Source: Stylophora pistillata (taxonomy: Eukaryota). From it: a stretch of 61,897 nucleotides of DNA. Under the pieces are notes generated by a model, which saw only the letters and a program-made list of their open reading frames with translations, was not told the origin of the DNA and made no database searches. This document shows, in pieces, positions 11,301 to 24,157 of this stretch; within the stretch, counting starts at the first letter, position 1, and every line of letters begins with the position of its first letter. Where the stretch lies: positions 577,614-639,510 of the forward strand of contig NW_019217892.1 of the NCBI RefSeq assembly GCF_002571385.2. The letters are read 5' to 3'. The position numbers and the translations under genes were made by a program.

Positions 11301-14066
11301 CAAAACAAATTTCTCTTCACAATAATGATTCAATTCGAAATATAAAGGAGCTGAAAAGAGAGATGTTTTGAGATTTCACACAAAGTCTCAGCGTTAAATT
11401 TTAGGAAGGTCTTGGCACAATCACGAGAACTGAAATTGAGATCTTAGTAGACAGGGTCAAATCCGAATGAGAAATGTCAAAATATTCCATTTTGCTGATC
11501 TTCTGTCTTTGTTTACACTAAGGATATAAAACTTCAGTTTCATAAAAGTAAAGTACAGTTAGTCAACAGAGTATTCCTTACCTTCATACTGTTGTGAATC
11601 AGCAAACTCCCTGAAAACATTCAAAAGCTTCTGAAGTTTTGGCATGAAAGAACAATGTCCACTGTCTTCAGAGCCATCACTTTCAGTAAAATTACAGTAA
11701 ATGCCTCGTAGTTGACGCAGCTGGGTGGCACTAAACTCGCAAAACATTCGTCCTTCTTTGCTGCTTTGAACCCTACATGCTCTGTCTAAAAGAAAAGACT
11801 CAGGTTTTTAAGTACATTCTATTCCAGTTGATCAAAGGAACCTCAATGCCATGGTTAATTTTACCTTAATTGGAATAGTTTAGTCTTGGTATACTTTGAA
11901 TTTTTTTTAATCAATGTTTAAGAAATATCTGTTTATGGAGGGCTAATTCTTTGACCTTCGATGTGGTTGGCATCCAATTTCTTCCTCCAACATCACCCCC
12001 TGAATCAATCATTTAGTTTCCAAGAATAATAAACGAAATGATCACCAACTAAAAAAGGCTCTTGATTGTTAAATAAGTTCTCCTTGTCAGCACCTCAGGA
12101 AATATATAAACAACAGTATGGAGAATATATATGTAATTTGATGTTAAGGTGGAAAGAGTAAAAGCAAAATTAAAAAAAAAAATCCTATACTGTCAAAAAT
12201 TTTGGAAGCAGAGGTATGGGATTGTTTCCTATTTTTTGGAAACTAATATTTGGTTTATGTTGACCTTACTATGATTTTTAAAAATCTTGAACTTGGGGCA
12301 CAGCCCAGGGGGTCAGGGTACTCCATTATTTGGGGTATAATGGAAATGAATAAAGGCTGATTTTCTGCCTTTAAAAGCACACACAACCCTCAATACATCT
12401 ATTCGCTCCGTCAAAGGGCTAAAGCTCGAAAGGTCAGCTTATGTAATCCTTACGGTGGCCAATTTACCATTTCAACTTTGTTGATATATCCAAATTATAA
12501 TGGAAGTGGGCTGCTAGACAGGGTATGGTCATTTGGCCTGGCTGTCCTGAACATGGTATGCAAGTTTATTCGCTTCTGTTCTTAACAGGGTCAGAACCTG
12601 TTGTCAATAGGGTATGGTATTACACGCCAAGAGACCTTAACCGGTCATTACTTAGTTCTTATTAACCGAGCGGGAGGTCCTTATGGGAGAATCTTGACTG
12701 AGGTCACCAGTACAGACCAAAAGCAGTGAGGTCTGAACCAGCGATCGAGGTGAAGATTCTCCCATACAGACTAACCTAGCTCGGTTAATATGTTTATTAT
12801 ATGGCTGTGTCTTATATGCCAATTTTTTATATTCTGTGTACCTTTTTTTTTTGAAAGCGGTCTAGATGCCAGTCTAGATGGGAAAATCTAGACCGCTTTC
12901 AATATTAATTTCAGCCAATCAAATTCATGAATTTGGTAGTTCCCAGTCCTTGTGCGACACAGCTATATAATAAAAGGTCATCAATCAACATCAGATCATT
13001 TTCTGAACGAGAATGCTGTTTTTGTCTGTACCCTTCAATTTTAATTATTTTTCTGTTTATCAGTAATTATAGCAACTGAACGTTGACAGAATAGATTGTA
13101 TCAGTAGGTCTAGTTTCTTTGTAATGGATAACATGGTGATAGAAATAATAAATAACTAGGGAGTGTGTATTTTGTCTCTTTGTCCTGGAAAGGGTCTTAA
13201 AAATAGAGGGTGTTGTCCTACACTGGGTAGAGTTTTTGAGTATTTTTGTCCTACTGAGTCAGGATTTCAAACGCTTGGCAGCACCTTCACACCTACAGAT
13301 GGGTCAAGTACCTCCCCCCCGCAGGTGGGGGGGCACAGTCACAATGATCTCTAGAACTGAAACTGTACCATACCTAGATCATCAATTAAGTATTGTGCCA
13401 CTCTGAATGCAGCCCAAGGCCCCAGTTCATCCAACGTCTCTTTACATTCCCTCAGAGCGAACTTAGCATACCAGTGTGCATTCTCATTCTCTCGCTGACT
13501 CACCCGACAGTCGCAGAGAAAACTAATTCCTGGTTTTAAGACATCTGACAGGATTTGAATCAGAGTTTTCACATTTTCGTCAGTACTCTGGTTTGGGTAA
13601 ACAAGAATCAGTTCCTCGGGTTTAGCAGCATATCTTACCACGTCTTCATCTTGACTTGTTTCGCAAGTAGATCTTAAGGTGCGTTCCAGCTCTACGATTT
13701 CTGATTCAATTCTATACGGCTTTACTTTTCCATTAACTATCGAGGCAGTTAAACCCATAACTTTGGGTAATCGGCGCTCTGGGCAGTCGCTGAAGCACTG
13801 CATTATCTGCCTGTAAGGATCATTCTTCTTAGCATGGTGGCATTCGTCAAAGATCAAAAGATTCACTTGTGAAAGAAGTATATAGCTATGTAACAGCAAG
13901 TCGAGAAATATTTGAGCTGTCATGACCAGAACATTGCATGTGTTGAACTCCTTTTCCCAAATTGGCTTGTCCCAGAAATCTACTCCCATTTCTCCAACGT
14001 AATGCTTGACTTTCAAGTCTGTATGTTTAGCGATCGCTTTTGCTTGTTGACTAGCGAGTGGAACTG

Positions 14067-14120
<54 letters not shown>

Positions 14121-14691
14121 AGAAAGAAGATGTGGGATACAAAAGAAGCAGATTTCCTATAGACCCTCTAGCTCCTCGCGATTAAAAAATTTAAACCACA
14201 TTCTTGATCTTATATTTTAGTTTCCGGCAACGAAAGTTGCAATATTTCATAATCCGGCAGAAAGAAGGAATGATCTTCGATCATTTGTTCTGTTTCTCTC
14301 GAATTGTATTTAAACGTGCGAAGGTCTTTTGAAAGAACCGCCACAGTACCCCTCTCCGTTATCCTGACTCGACCCCACGCCAAGATATCGTACCCCCTCC
14401 CCAAGATATCGTACCTCCCTCCCCCTCCCCCCGATCTCATAAGAACTACTCGTACATACCTGTATTTACAAGGAAGAAAGTTCTTCGCCCGCCATCTTTA
14501 TAGTTTCCTCTTACTTCATGAGCGAGTTCTTTTATAAGCATGACACTTATAAACGTTTTACCAGTTCCGGTGCCCAAACATACGATGGTGTTCCTTTCCT
14601 TCGCGCGTTCTAGGAGCTCCACTTGGTACGGCCGAGCTGAAAAATTTCCTTCGGCTTCTCCCTTTGTTTCACTTTCGGAAGCCTTTTCCAT
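1851..14691 (-). CDS. DICER1: Dicer (helicase-DUF283-platform-PAZ-RNase IIIa-RNase IIIb-dsRBD), about 1538 codons, interrupted by 3 in-frame stops (pseudogene, null allele or split gene). Family-level call; paralog not assigned.
   Basis: GT-AG exons with consistent phases: 14691-14460, 14063-13374, 11785-11582, 10799-10360, 9810-9641, 8791-8659, 8203-7991, 6970-6797 (duplicate at 6239-6066), 5411-3474, 3194-3023, 2731-2659, 2028-1851. Motifs: [31 protein letters not shown]; DUF283 [10 protein letters not shown]; [12 protein letters not shown]...YEEYFRLKY...NQPL...RLNFL; RNase IIIa [16 protein letters not shown]; RNase IIIb [16 protein letters not shown]; C-terminal dsRBD. Stops at 5160-5162, 4971-4973 and 4656-4658. 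Confidence 0.93.
5949..7409. repeat. Direct tandem duplication of about 730 bp (5949-6678 and 6680-~7409) joined by a single N; includes one Dicer exon
   Basis: Near-identical copies at offset 731 with scattered substitutions; N at 6679. Confidence 0.95.
7172..7487 (+). repeat. Interspersed ~320-bp hairpin-rich repeat family (other copies: 12652-12972 on -, 29830-30153 on -, partial 6441-6678)
   Basis: Shared ATGGCTGTGTCTCACAAGGACTGGGAACTACC...TCTAGACCGG...GGGAGAATCTTGAC...GTCAAGA.TCTCCCATA...TTAATAAGAACTAA, with a long internal inverted repeat. Confidence 0.85.
8344..8377 (+). ncRNA. Minimal type I hammerhead ribozyme within a Penelope-like terminal-repeat fragment (~8338-8440)
   Basis: Stem I GCT/AGC, core CTGACGA, stem II GGGC-TAAC-GCTC, GAAA, palindromic ACGT stem III, cleavage triplet GTC (cut after 8374). 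Degenerate copies near 12404-12438 (+) and 35197-35275 (-). Confidence 0.75.
12652..12972 (-). repeat. Copy of the ~320-bp hairpin-rich repeat family
   Basis: Reverse-complement match to 7172-7487. Confidence 0.85.
14067..14119. repeat. Poly(A) run of 53 nt, serving as the poly(T) polypyrimidine tract of the Dicer exon 2 acceptor
   Basis: Homopolymer directly abutting the CAG acceptor at 14064-14066 on the minus strand. Confidence 0.95.
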
Positions 14692-17600
14692 GGTGTCACT
14701 TATTGTGCATTTGAAATAAGAGAAAGCTCTAGTCTCATTATGCAGCCCTACATTGGAAATCCTTTCACGATGAGGGGCGCTTCAGACCAACAAGGAATTA
14801 CCTTAGATACGGTAGGTCAGCAAGGAAATAATGAAAATTAAACAGTAATCGAATCAGGGATCAACAATCGATCGCTTCTGATCATGAAAATGCTTTCTTT
14901 AAGCTGATAATTCCTCCACCAAAGCTCAAAATTTTCTTCGACGGTAGAATATTCTTAAATAGCCGAAGGCAAGGAATATATACAAATGCTTCGCTAAGCA
15001 AAATCAATACCATAACGTCACTATGTTTTCCGAGAAAGTACTTAGCATCGATTTCCGGGAAAACTTTGAATACGTCAAAACAAAAGATCGAAAGAAAACA
15101 GGAACTACAAAAGGTATGTAAATAATCCACGTGACTCACTCTGGTTCGTAACACTTCTATCAAGCGCGCTAAAAGAAAGTTGTGGCGCGTTTGAATAAGG
15201 AACTCAACCAGGACCCAACCATGCATACTCAATAAATTACTCATTTAAAGAATCTCTGATTTTGTAATGAAAGTTAAACAATTCTATTGTCGATGCCAGT
15301 CACCAAGATTACTCAGATAAGAAGAAGATAGTATGTTTCAAGGAACAATTTTCAAAAATCATAACATTTCTGAAGCAAGGAGGCGAAAGTTTGAAAGTAT
15401 TACTGCATTGTACTTGAATATATAATTTTCACAAACGGTATTTTTCACTGTATTCAGGTGCAAGTGCTAACGGGTGACCCGGTGCTTCTGCGAACACCTA
15501 TTTACTCTGAATGGGTTACGCCAAAAGTTTGCCATTTGGAATCTGGAATCGATTCTCGCTGGTACAATATAACTTTCTTCTTATTTTTGCATCGTTATGA
15601 ACTAATATATTTTGGCTTCTCTTCTAAGCCGAAGGTAGTTTTACACGGTACAAGAAGATTCTGAAAGTATTTTGAAATAGCTCTGTCATGACAACGGTGC
15701 ATATTTAAGCTGGAGTTTTCTGCTCAGTTTAGACCCATTTCGGCGAATTCATTCTAAGCGCCACGGAAATTCTAAGAAAGGGATTGACGTCTGTGACTGG
15801 AGAGCCTTTGATATTGAACACCCAAAAGTGGACCGTCAAACAAGTTGTCGGTATTATGTGGTCGCCGAAAGGAATTTTTCAAACTCTGACGTTTCGAGCG
15901 GCTTTTGACATTCCTCCAATTCTTTTCTCTTAACAAAGATAATAGATGAAGAACTTATTTAAGCAATAGACCGTACTTTCTGTCAGTTTATAGGCGTAAT
16001 AAATACACACGCGGAGAGAGCTGGGAGAACGGCTCTAAAAATTTGTAGATCAAGAGCCGGAGGCCAGGGATTTACAAACGTTTTGCTAAGCTACCTCAGT
16101 TATTTTATGAATTGTGTTTAAATCAACTCATATATCATTGCAAATTAGTCTAGTATCCATCCTTCCACAGCCAAGCGGTTTTCAGTTACAATAGACTATT
16201 TTCGCTGTATTAATATTCAAACTTGGCTTCGAGGCTCGGTGAATAACGAAAAAAAGAAAAAAAAAAAAAGAAAAAAAGAAAAACCACTTCGAAGTCGAGG
16301 GATGAATAATAATTTTTCTTTTATTCCTCCTAGCCTATAAATCATGTTAGAGTTTTGATATATCGAAAATGGCCATGGAAGGATTTGGGCACGAGATCAC
16401 ATACAAATATAAACGAATCTGTATTAGCGGTCACCCACGGGGAATGGCAGGGTGACCGCTAGTACAGGTTCCACAGAATAGACATGTTATAAAAGACGCC
16501 ATTTTTATCCCATAACTGACCTCTATAGCTCTAATGTACAGAAAATTTGTGAGAAAATACTTCAAACCTTGATTCCGGGAGGTAATCATAGATTAAATCT
16601 TATTTGAAGGATTATTCTTAGTTTTATTTTGTGGGGTCCTGCTTTAAGTGACCGTTCAATTCGGGTGGAAGGTGATAGAAACAGGCCGTTGGGACTCAGT
16701 AAAGGGTAACCGCTTGTTAGAGGTAGCTAAAGGGAAAGCAACTAAGGGAAAAGAGAATTCGGGTTGGTGTAGGGGACTGGGGCACATATTGCCTAATTAT
16801 GTAACCCGTGACAACGGAAGCACGTGCTTATTATTATTAAGAGCCTGCCCACCCTGTTTAGTTGTCAATTCGAATCAAATGAATGAGAGAGTTAGCTTGA
16901 CCGTTATTGTGCGAAGACCTTGTGAATGTTGCGATTATTAAACACGTTAACATCAACTTTGTGACTCGTCTTGGATACTGTCTCCAGCGGGCGGAGGAGT
17001 CCAGCAAAATGCGCTTTACAAGTAACGAAGATAAGATATTTCCATATGGTTTATTCCACCCTCGTTAACTCTCTCTTTAAACCCCTCACGTAATCTTTCA
17101 CAGAAGCCTTTTCGGGTTGAGGAGAGGGAGGCAAGAATAACTGACTGACTTCGAACCCAGCAGGAAATAAGTTAGAGCTAAGAATGGGACGTTTTCTCCT
17201 CTCTCACAGGGAGAAAGTGAAATTGGATTAACAAAGTGTAAGACACTAATAGCCCCTATCAGACATCAGGAAAGATTCCAGTGCATTTTATTCTGATCAC
17301 ATTAGCAAGTGAGAACTAATCATATCAAGAAAACCAACGAGGACGACATTGCATCTATAAGACTGATAACCGGTATGCCTGATGCATCCCGCGAGCGAAT
17401 GCGTTCGCTTTTGGACTCCTTACAATTGACCCCTGGCTTATTTTCGGTTATTATACAGTGTTATGACAACTGAAAGTAACGAGGAAAGCTTAATTTTGAC
17501 ACGCATTCACTCAGCCTCTCTTTACATTCAATCGCCCTTCTTGGCTGTGTGTGCGACTGATTTACGCATCGAGTTCCAGTTTCACGTTTATCGGCAAATG

Positions 17601-20600
17601 CTTTAAGTCGTGAATCACAAACTACAAGAAGAAGCGCACAAGCCACTAACCCTAACAAAGTAAACAACGAAACTGTACTTCGGATTAAAATCTTGCATAG
17701 TTATTGGCTTTGAAGTGATCATCTCTCAAACACTTATATCGTTGTATATAGCTGGCTTAAAAACCTCCATTGCTTAAAACTTGTGTTTCGCCCTTTATTT
17801 CATCCTAAATGGAGACGTTTTCCACATCATGTTATTTCAGAGCTCTCTCAGGCTGCACAAACAAATTAATACCTGTTTTAATTGATAAACAGAATTTACT
17901 GACTGAGAGCATCCTTCTCAACCCAGTTTTCAGTCTTTTTTACGGGCTGAAAAGCTTTGTATTAAAACTTCCGGGACCAATGTGTTGAAGATATTTCCTG
18001 TCTCATTACTATACAATAAAATTTCATAATATTTACGTGGAGGTAAGAGTATTTCTTTGCAATGCTTTGATTGTGTGTTTCCTTAAAGCCGAAATTCGAA
18101 TAAAGTTTGCCCGGCTATCATTATATTTTGTTACAAAGTGGACCCGTGCGCGTACAGAAATGTAGGATTGTAAGACGGATAGGCAGAGGAAAATCTTCTC
18201 TAGAAAATAGGATCCATTTAATTCATAATGTAAACAAGGGGCAGCCAGTCTAAACAATTTCTTCCAAAACGGTTGTCTGAGGAGCCAATCATCACCCCAC
18301 AAGGGGAGGTGGGGAAGAAGTGGGGAGGTCAGGAAAGCCATTCGTTCAACACTTTGGTTATTGAAAAATCTGTGTTTTCGAAAAGTTTGTTTTGTTCTTG
18401 TTTTTGCTTTTTTTGTTTCTCCTTGAAAAATACCTTTGATTTATTGTGACTGTCGTCGCAAACTTAGTATTTCACTGTTGGTTTGAAAGTTTATTTAGCG
18501 GGTAATTAATATAACAGGGAAAGTTTGGACTGTCTGTGGTTGAAACCGCATTTCATTGAATTGGACTGATATAATTTTATTAAGAACTTAATTTGTCTGC
18601 GACTGAATCGTTTAGCAACATTATCTGCCGCACTGATCTGTCACCAGAAGGATTTTCTTACCTAAAATAATGCGTTTACTGCTGGAATGAAAATTCACAA
18701 AATGTATATGGATTTTAAAGGATCAAAATCTTAAGTCGCAGATTTTTTCCAGTGATCTTAAGTACAAAGTACTTGAAGGTACACGGAGCGAACAGCACTC
18801 CGCTGCAAACCTGTCACCGATTTTTCCGATTTTTTTTAATGTAAAAAAAGTATGTAACACTATCTCGAGAATTCTTGAAATGTCTCGTTTGAACGAAAAA
18901 ATATAAGGTGACAACATCTCTTCTGTAAGTCCGGAAATGTTTAGAATTCGCCCAGGGGACCCTAATGGTAAGTTCATGTACCAACATTCGATGTCTCGAC
19001 AGCCGGCGGCCTGTGGGAGTCGAACGTAATCCTAACCTTGGAAATCACGGGGTGAGCTTAACCTACTAAAGTCAATAAAATTATGTAATGCACTCTGAGT
19101 ATTAAAGTCACCAGATCTTCATGCCAACAAGTGTCTGCAACGGTAAGCGTGCACTGCTTGTCTTATGCTTACTTCTACCAACAGTTTGTGATAGCATACC
19201 GCATACATTCTGCAAATTAATCCAATTTCATTGAAAGCACCTGTCCTTTTGAGACGAAGGTTCGTATTTCCAATATCGCTCTTGAAAGGCATTTTCAGTT
19301 AATCTACGCCGACACTTTACAGAGACTGTGTACAATCATCATCCGAGAACGAAGACTGAAAGCGTTTTACCTCTTCTGACTTTTCCGGCGACCATGAAAC
19401 ATTGGCTGAGGAGAAATCATCCATGCAACTTTTTCAATCTTCAAGTAAGTTACCATTGTATTTTTCTTAACTGATTTTCGTCTAATATTTCTTGCACAGG
19501 CACATTAATTAACGTCACCCTGACTCTACCCTTTAATGTGTGGAGTTTTTCAGTAGATTACAGAGTCTAAGCGTACAAGATTTTTCAAGTTTGTTAAAAA
19601 CTGATGTCGCGTTTGTCAACTGGAAACTAACGTTTTTCATCAGGGGAGGGAAAATTGCACTGGTTTGGTTAAGTTACCGCCTTAGCAAAGTAGTTTATGA
19701 CTTAAAAATAGGTACGCTTAATCAAATGGGAGGTCATTTTGCCTTCTCTTTTCTCCATGGTGAACTTTGCACCCTCAACGCATGTTTACAACCACTTAAG
19801 ATTTCCCTGTTTCAATTAAAACTTTTGCTAAGTGCTATATATGAATTAGCATAGAAAAGGAAATAGCGTAAATCAATTTTATTTCGAACTGTTCAACCTG
19901 TTTTCATAGGTTTCATGGGAATCTTAAAGCATGTGGAAAGAAAATTTCTTATAAAAATATATACTGGTATTACTAATACTGGATAGATTGGAGTAATAAC
20001 CGGATTTTCAGGTTTGCGTGAGCGTGAGGTTCTCTCAACTTAGCTGTCGGCCTCACCATCCCAGGGGATTTTGACACTGACGCTATGTTGAGAAGTGAAG
20101 TAGTTTTTGAATTGAAAACCATATCTTTCTCCAGACTAATCTACCATCAGATGTTCTTAATCTCTTTTAGAATGTTTTATTCCCTTTTTCTCCTTTCAGT
20201 AATTTTCACCTCTTTACTCGATGAGACCCTCATCGCAGAAATCTTCAAATCAAACTATAAATGACAACTGCTTCAAACACTTATTCAAACCAAACCTGTT
20301 TTACGTTTTCTGTCCATAAGATATCCATTTCTTCTTACTCTTATACAGAGAAAATGTTTTCGCACTAGCTTTCCAAGCCCTTTTAACGTGCTTTTTTTAT
20401 TTTGTCTGTTTGAAGTTTACTCCTAAAAAAACATACTAGCCATTTTTCTCTTTTCAGAAGTGTTACATTTTTCTTCAAAGGTAAAATTAAAAAGCTTAAA
20501 ATGTCATGTTTGCTATCCTCCACCCTCACACCCCTCGTTTTTGAGGAACAAACTCTACACATTTGTACCGTGTATGTGTCATTGTATTCTGACGCTTTAG

Positions 20601-22139
20601 TCTATCACTTCAGCTTCTAATGCATTCGAGGTTTATCTATCAAATCTTTCCCAATTTGAGTAACGCCGGTCTACCACACAAAAGTTCATAACAATGGGGA
20701 AAAATTTCTTAAGAATCACGCGTCGAAACTAGACACCTATTTCCACTCCCGAAGAGCTTTGTTGACAGATTCTTTGGCATTCAGCCACGACAAACTGAAA
20801 TTGCGAGAGAGAAATTAGGCAGTCATGAATTTACCAAAAATAGAAGCACTTCTGTTGTTGTTGTGGTTGTGTGCTGCATTTTTGTCTGAAAAACTTACCA
20901 CTGTGACAATAAGATGTGGTTGTCTGGTCGGGAACCTGAAATTCAGCATCTGTTTTAATGTGTACAATGAGTTAAATCAAAACCTGGTGGGCAGAAATTC
21001 TTGGCTTAGTTATATGGAGAACAAAGTGTGTGACGGCACGTGTCAGTTTGCGGTGATGCAACTTGCGATCAAAAATTTTTTTTTGTGCTCGAGACCAGTG
21101 GCTGAGAAGCTAACATAACCCCTCCTTCTGTCACGTGCCAACCACGCAGATATCATGACCGAATTTAGGGGAGGGGGGAAGGGGAAGGGAAAGATATTTC
21201 AAGCGAGCAGTTATCCTTTTTCGTTTTTGTTTTCTCTGATATTTTTATAAGAAACCGTCCCTCCCGTGGATTAATGGTTCCGCCCCCCTGTTTTGAATAT
21301 TTAGGATCCATTCGTTTAGATGGCATTAACTCACAGAAACACACGATGAACCTCCCTGTTGGTAAGATAAAGCATCCTTCAGGAGGCGTTATCGGAAAAT
21401 TTGTTTTCTTGGCTTCTATTATCTTTTTTCTGACCTCATAATCGTTATGTCATACTGATGCCTATACCTATACCTTGCATGTGCCGTTACCAAACTTTCC
21501 CACGTGAGATAAGCATGCACGTGAATTTGTTTTGTTACGCAACGACCGCTCTAATTGCTACCCGTGCGCTGAAGGTGCCGGGGACTAGGCACACTGCCAA
21601 ACTCTTGTAGTTGTGCAGAAATATTACACCAAAGCTTTCATTTTTATGTCCAACACTCGAGGTAGGATCAAAGGCCTAAAATATACCTTCTTCAGCGTTA
21701 AATAGATTTTACAAGAAAAGAGGGATATATGTTTTTATGCAAACAGCGAAAGCTATCAGAGGTTCACATCAAATAAAATAATAATAATAATAACAATGTG
21801 GGTAATGGTTTTTCCTCTCGTACATTTCCAAATTAATTGACACGGAACACATCTGTTAAATTCGGTTCTCTAGGATCAGACTCGTATCAGACCCAATCTA
21901 ACTTTGATTGCAAAAACGACCCACGTATAAAAAACACGAAAGCAACTACTAGTTAGTATTGAAAGAATTTCAAAAAACCGTCCATCAAAATTATCCTTAT
22001 AAAAGTAAATTACATTAAAAAAATATATGAGAAGGGAAATGACACTCTTACTCTAAAAAAACTTTAAAAACAAATATTAAAAATGTCTAGCCTATATTTG
22101 CCTATAGCATTGTCAATTAAAAAATCTGTATCGAATGTC

Positions 22140-23000
22140 TCAAACGTTCTTCCCTTCTTTCTTGTACCTCTTAAGCATAAGAGGACGCATCATAAGAGCG
22201 TAAAAGAGATTTTGGCTCTAATCCAGGACATAGTGGTAGAGTATGTTTCACATTTCTTAATGGATATGAGTTCAGCTTAGCGTTTATGGTAAATTTTGCA
22301 TTCAGTGCCCATCTCTCCGGTGGTACTAAAGATCAGGGGCGTAAAGGATCCTTGCTCTATTTTCAATACTCTACTGGCATACTTTCGTTTCTTCTCATTT
22401 TCGTGCTGTTTAAAGACTTGCTCAGATGTCTTCTCGCGATAGGAGTCAGCATAAGGGTGGAATACCCGGACATCAAAGTATGCAGACTTCTTTCGCTCCA
22501 AAAACCTCTGGCTAGAATATCAAGACGAGCATCTTGGGAAGTTTTGGCTCCATTATTCAAAATTTCTCCCGTAATCTGCTGCAGGGGAGGCTCGATTTCC
22601 ACATCTTTACATACGGTGCTAAGCAGTGCCGCCTCCAGGTCTCTTGTGGCGTTGTATCACAAATCCGCCATTTCTGCAGGTCATTTCTGCAGGTCCATGC
22701 ACGTCAAAGATGTCACCACAGACGCACCGGTTTGGGATGTCAGAGAATTCCCAATTATAACTCAGCTTAAGGGCATCTCTAAATTCTCCTTTATTGAGAT
22801 CGTATCCTAGGTCTTTTAACGGGATGACAGTGAGCCAACTGGAGGAACCTCGTTCTGATGCTTGTTCTTTCACTTTGAGCGAGGTCGGTGTTAACATGTT
22901 CTTTACCCTCACTTCAGATTCTTTCAGGGCCTCACGTTTCTTAGCTTTTGCCTGGGACTTTGCAGCATTGTTATTTGCTTCATCTGGAGTGTGGTGATCT
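22140..23000 (-). mobile_element. Decayed non-LTR retrotransposon, C-terminal region with restriction-like endonuclease (CRE-like)
   Basis: Frameshifted pieces: GSSSWLTVIPL...EFRDALKL...C-x-C zinc knuckle...GGFVIQRH; EPPLQ...[11 protein letters not shown]; [10 protein letters not shown]...EKKRKY...[10 protein letters not shown]. Confidence 0.85.
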
Positions 23001-23015
23001 TGATGTATGATACGC

Positions 23016-23062
<47 letters not shown>

Positions 23063-23086
23063 AATAATAATAATAATAATAATAAT
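23016..23086. repeat. (TTA)n-(TAA)n compound microsatellite palindrome
   Basis: About 45 nt of TTA repeats followed directly by about 26 nt of TAA repeats. Confidence 0.95.
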
Positions 23087-23389
23087 CGATATTTAAACAG
23101 GGTGACCCCCTCAGTCACAGGACTGGTGTCAACGGGGGTCCTGCATAACATAAAATAAAATAAAAGAGAGTAAAATAAATCATATATATACACATATCAA
23201 TAAAAACTAACTGATATAAAAAGTAACGATTTTTGATTTCAGATTGAAATACATAAAAGTAGCTAAAAGGAAACATCGGAGGTTATCCCTAACGAGGACG
23301 CTGCCCGAAAGCCAGCTAATAATTTAATATAACCAAGTTTTCCAATAATTTTGCACGCACTATGCATTTCGTGTTTGATAATGGTACCA

Positions 23390-23574
23390 ATAGACCACTT
23401 TCATAAATGACTGCCGGATTAATATTCTTTTGTTTAAATTTAAATTAGCCCTTCTGGCCTCGCTTGAGATAATGTATTCTTTTGAATTTTGTACTGGAGA
23501 ACGAGGCCAGAAAGGCTGATTTCAATTTAAACAAAAGAATATTAATCCGGCAGCCATTTATGAAAGTGGTCTAT
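23390..23574. mobile_element. Palindromic MITE (~185 bp); second copy at 55333-55520
   Basis: Inverted arms of about 80 bp, ATAGACCACTTTCATAAATG...CATTTATGAAAGTGGTCTAT. A 2-bp TSD (AT or TA) cannot be separated from the termini. Confidence 0.9.
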
Positions 23575-24157
23575 AGGTGAATAGCTTTCAATTCAGTGGG
23601 TTACCGAATTTCATCACGGTCTCCTCTGGCCATAGGCTCGATTACCAGCCACTGTTCGGGAATCGGAGCCCGCGCTCCTCCTCGGGGAACAGGCAGCCCA
23701 AGCTCACTACTCGAAGAGCGGACGTGACTCTTACAGTGTTGCGCAACGTTTTATATTTATGAAGGTTTGTAAAGGATGTTATCGGTTTGCCTTAAAAGAG
23801 AGAAAAAATGTCTTGTTTTGAAATAAAATGGACTTACGCTTCAAAATGCCTGAGACGCTGGTAATCAACAAAGAAAACAACAAGGCAATTGTCACCAAAA
23901 TTATCAGAGTGCAACAAGGTTTTTTTTTTTTTTAAACGTATCGAATCAGGAGCCCAAACTCTTTTTTTTTCTCTTTTGTAAGAGCCCTATTGGATAGCAT
24001 GACACTGAGTTATTTTTCTCGCGTGATGCAAGGCGCAACCTTTTACCGTTGGAAACTAGGTACTAGTTTTGATTTTGGCTCGCAATTTTGGAAGCGTTTT
24101 GTGGCCATCATTATTCGGAGGGAACGATCGAATACTTCGTACCTAAAATGAGTTAAA

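Noticed and set aside
14811-15633. Divergent spliced transcript upstream of Dicer
   Set aside because: Only isolated splice-like motifs; no coding or structural support without RNA data.
16768-17020. Possible solo LTR (TGTAG...TTACA)
   Set aside because: No matching target-site duplication, so the boundaries cannot be supported.
17461-17667. Secreted peptide with a signal-like N-terminus
   Set aside because: No in-frame ATG after the upstream stop and no supporting exon structure.
22924-23193. Poly-Leu/Ile membrane protein ORF
   Set aside because: It is the translation of the (TTA)n/(TAA)n microsatellite.
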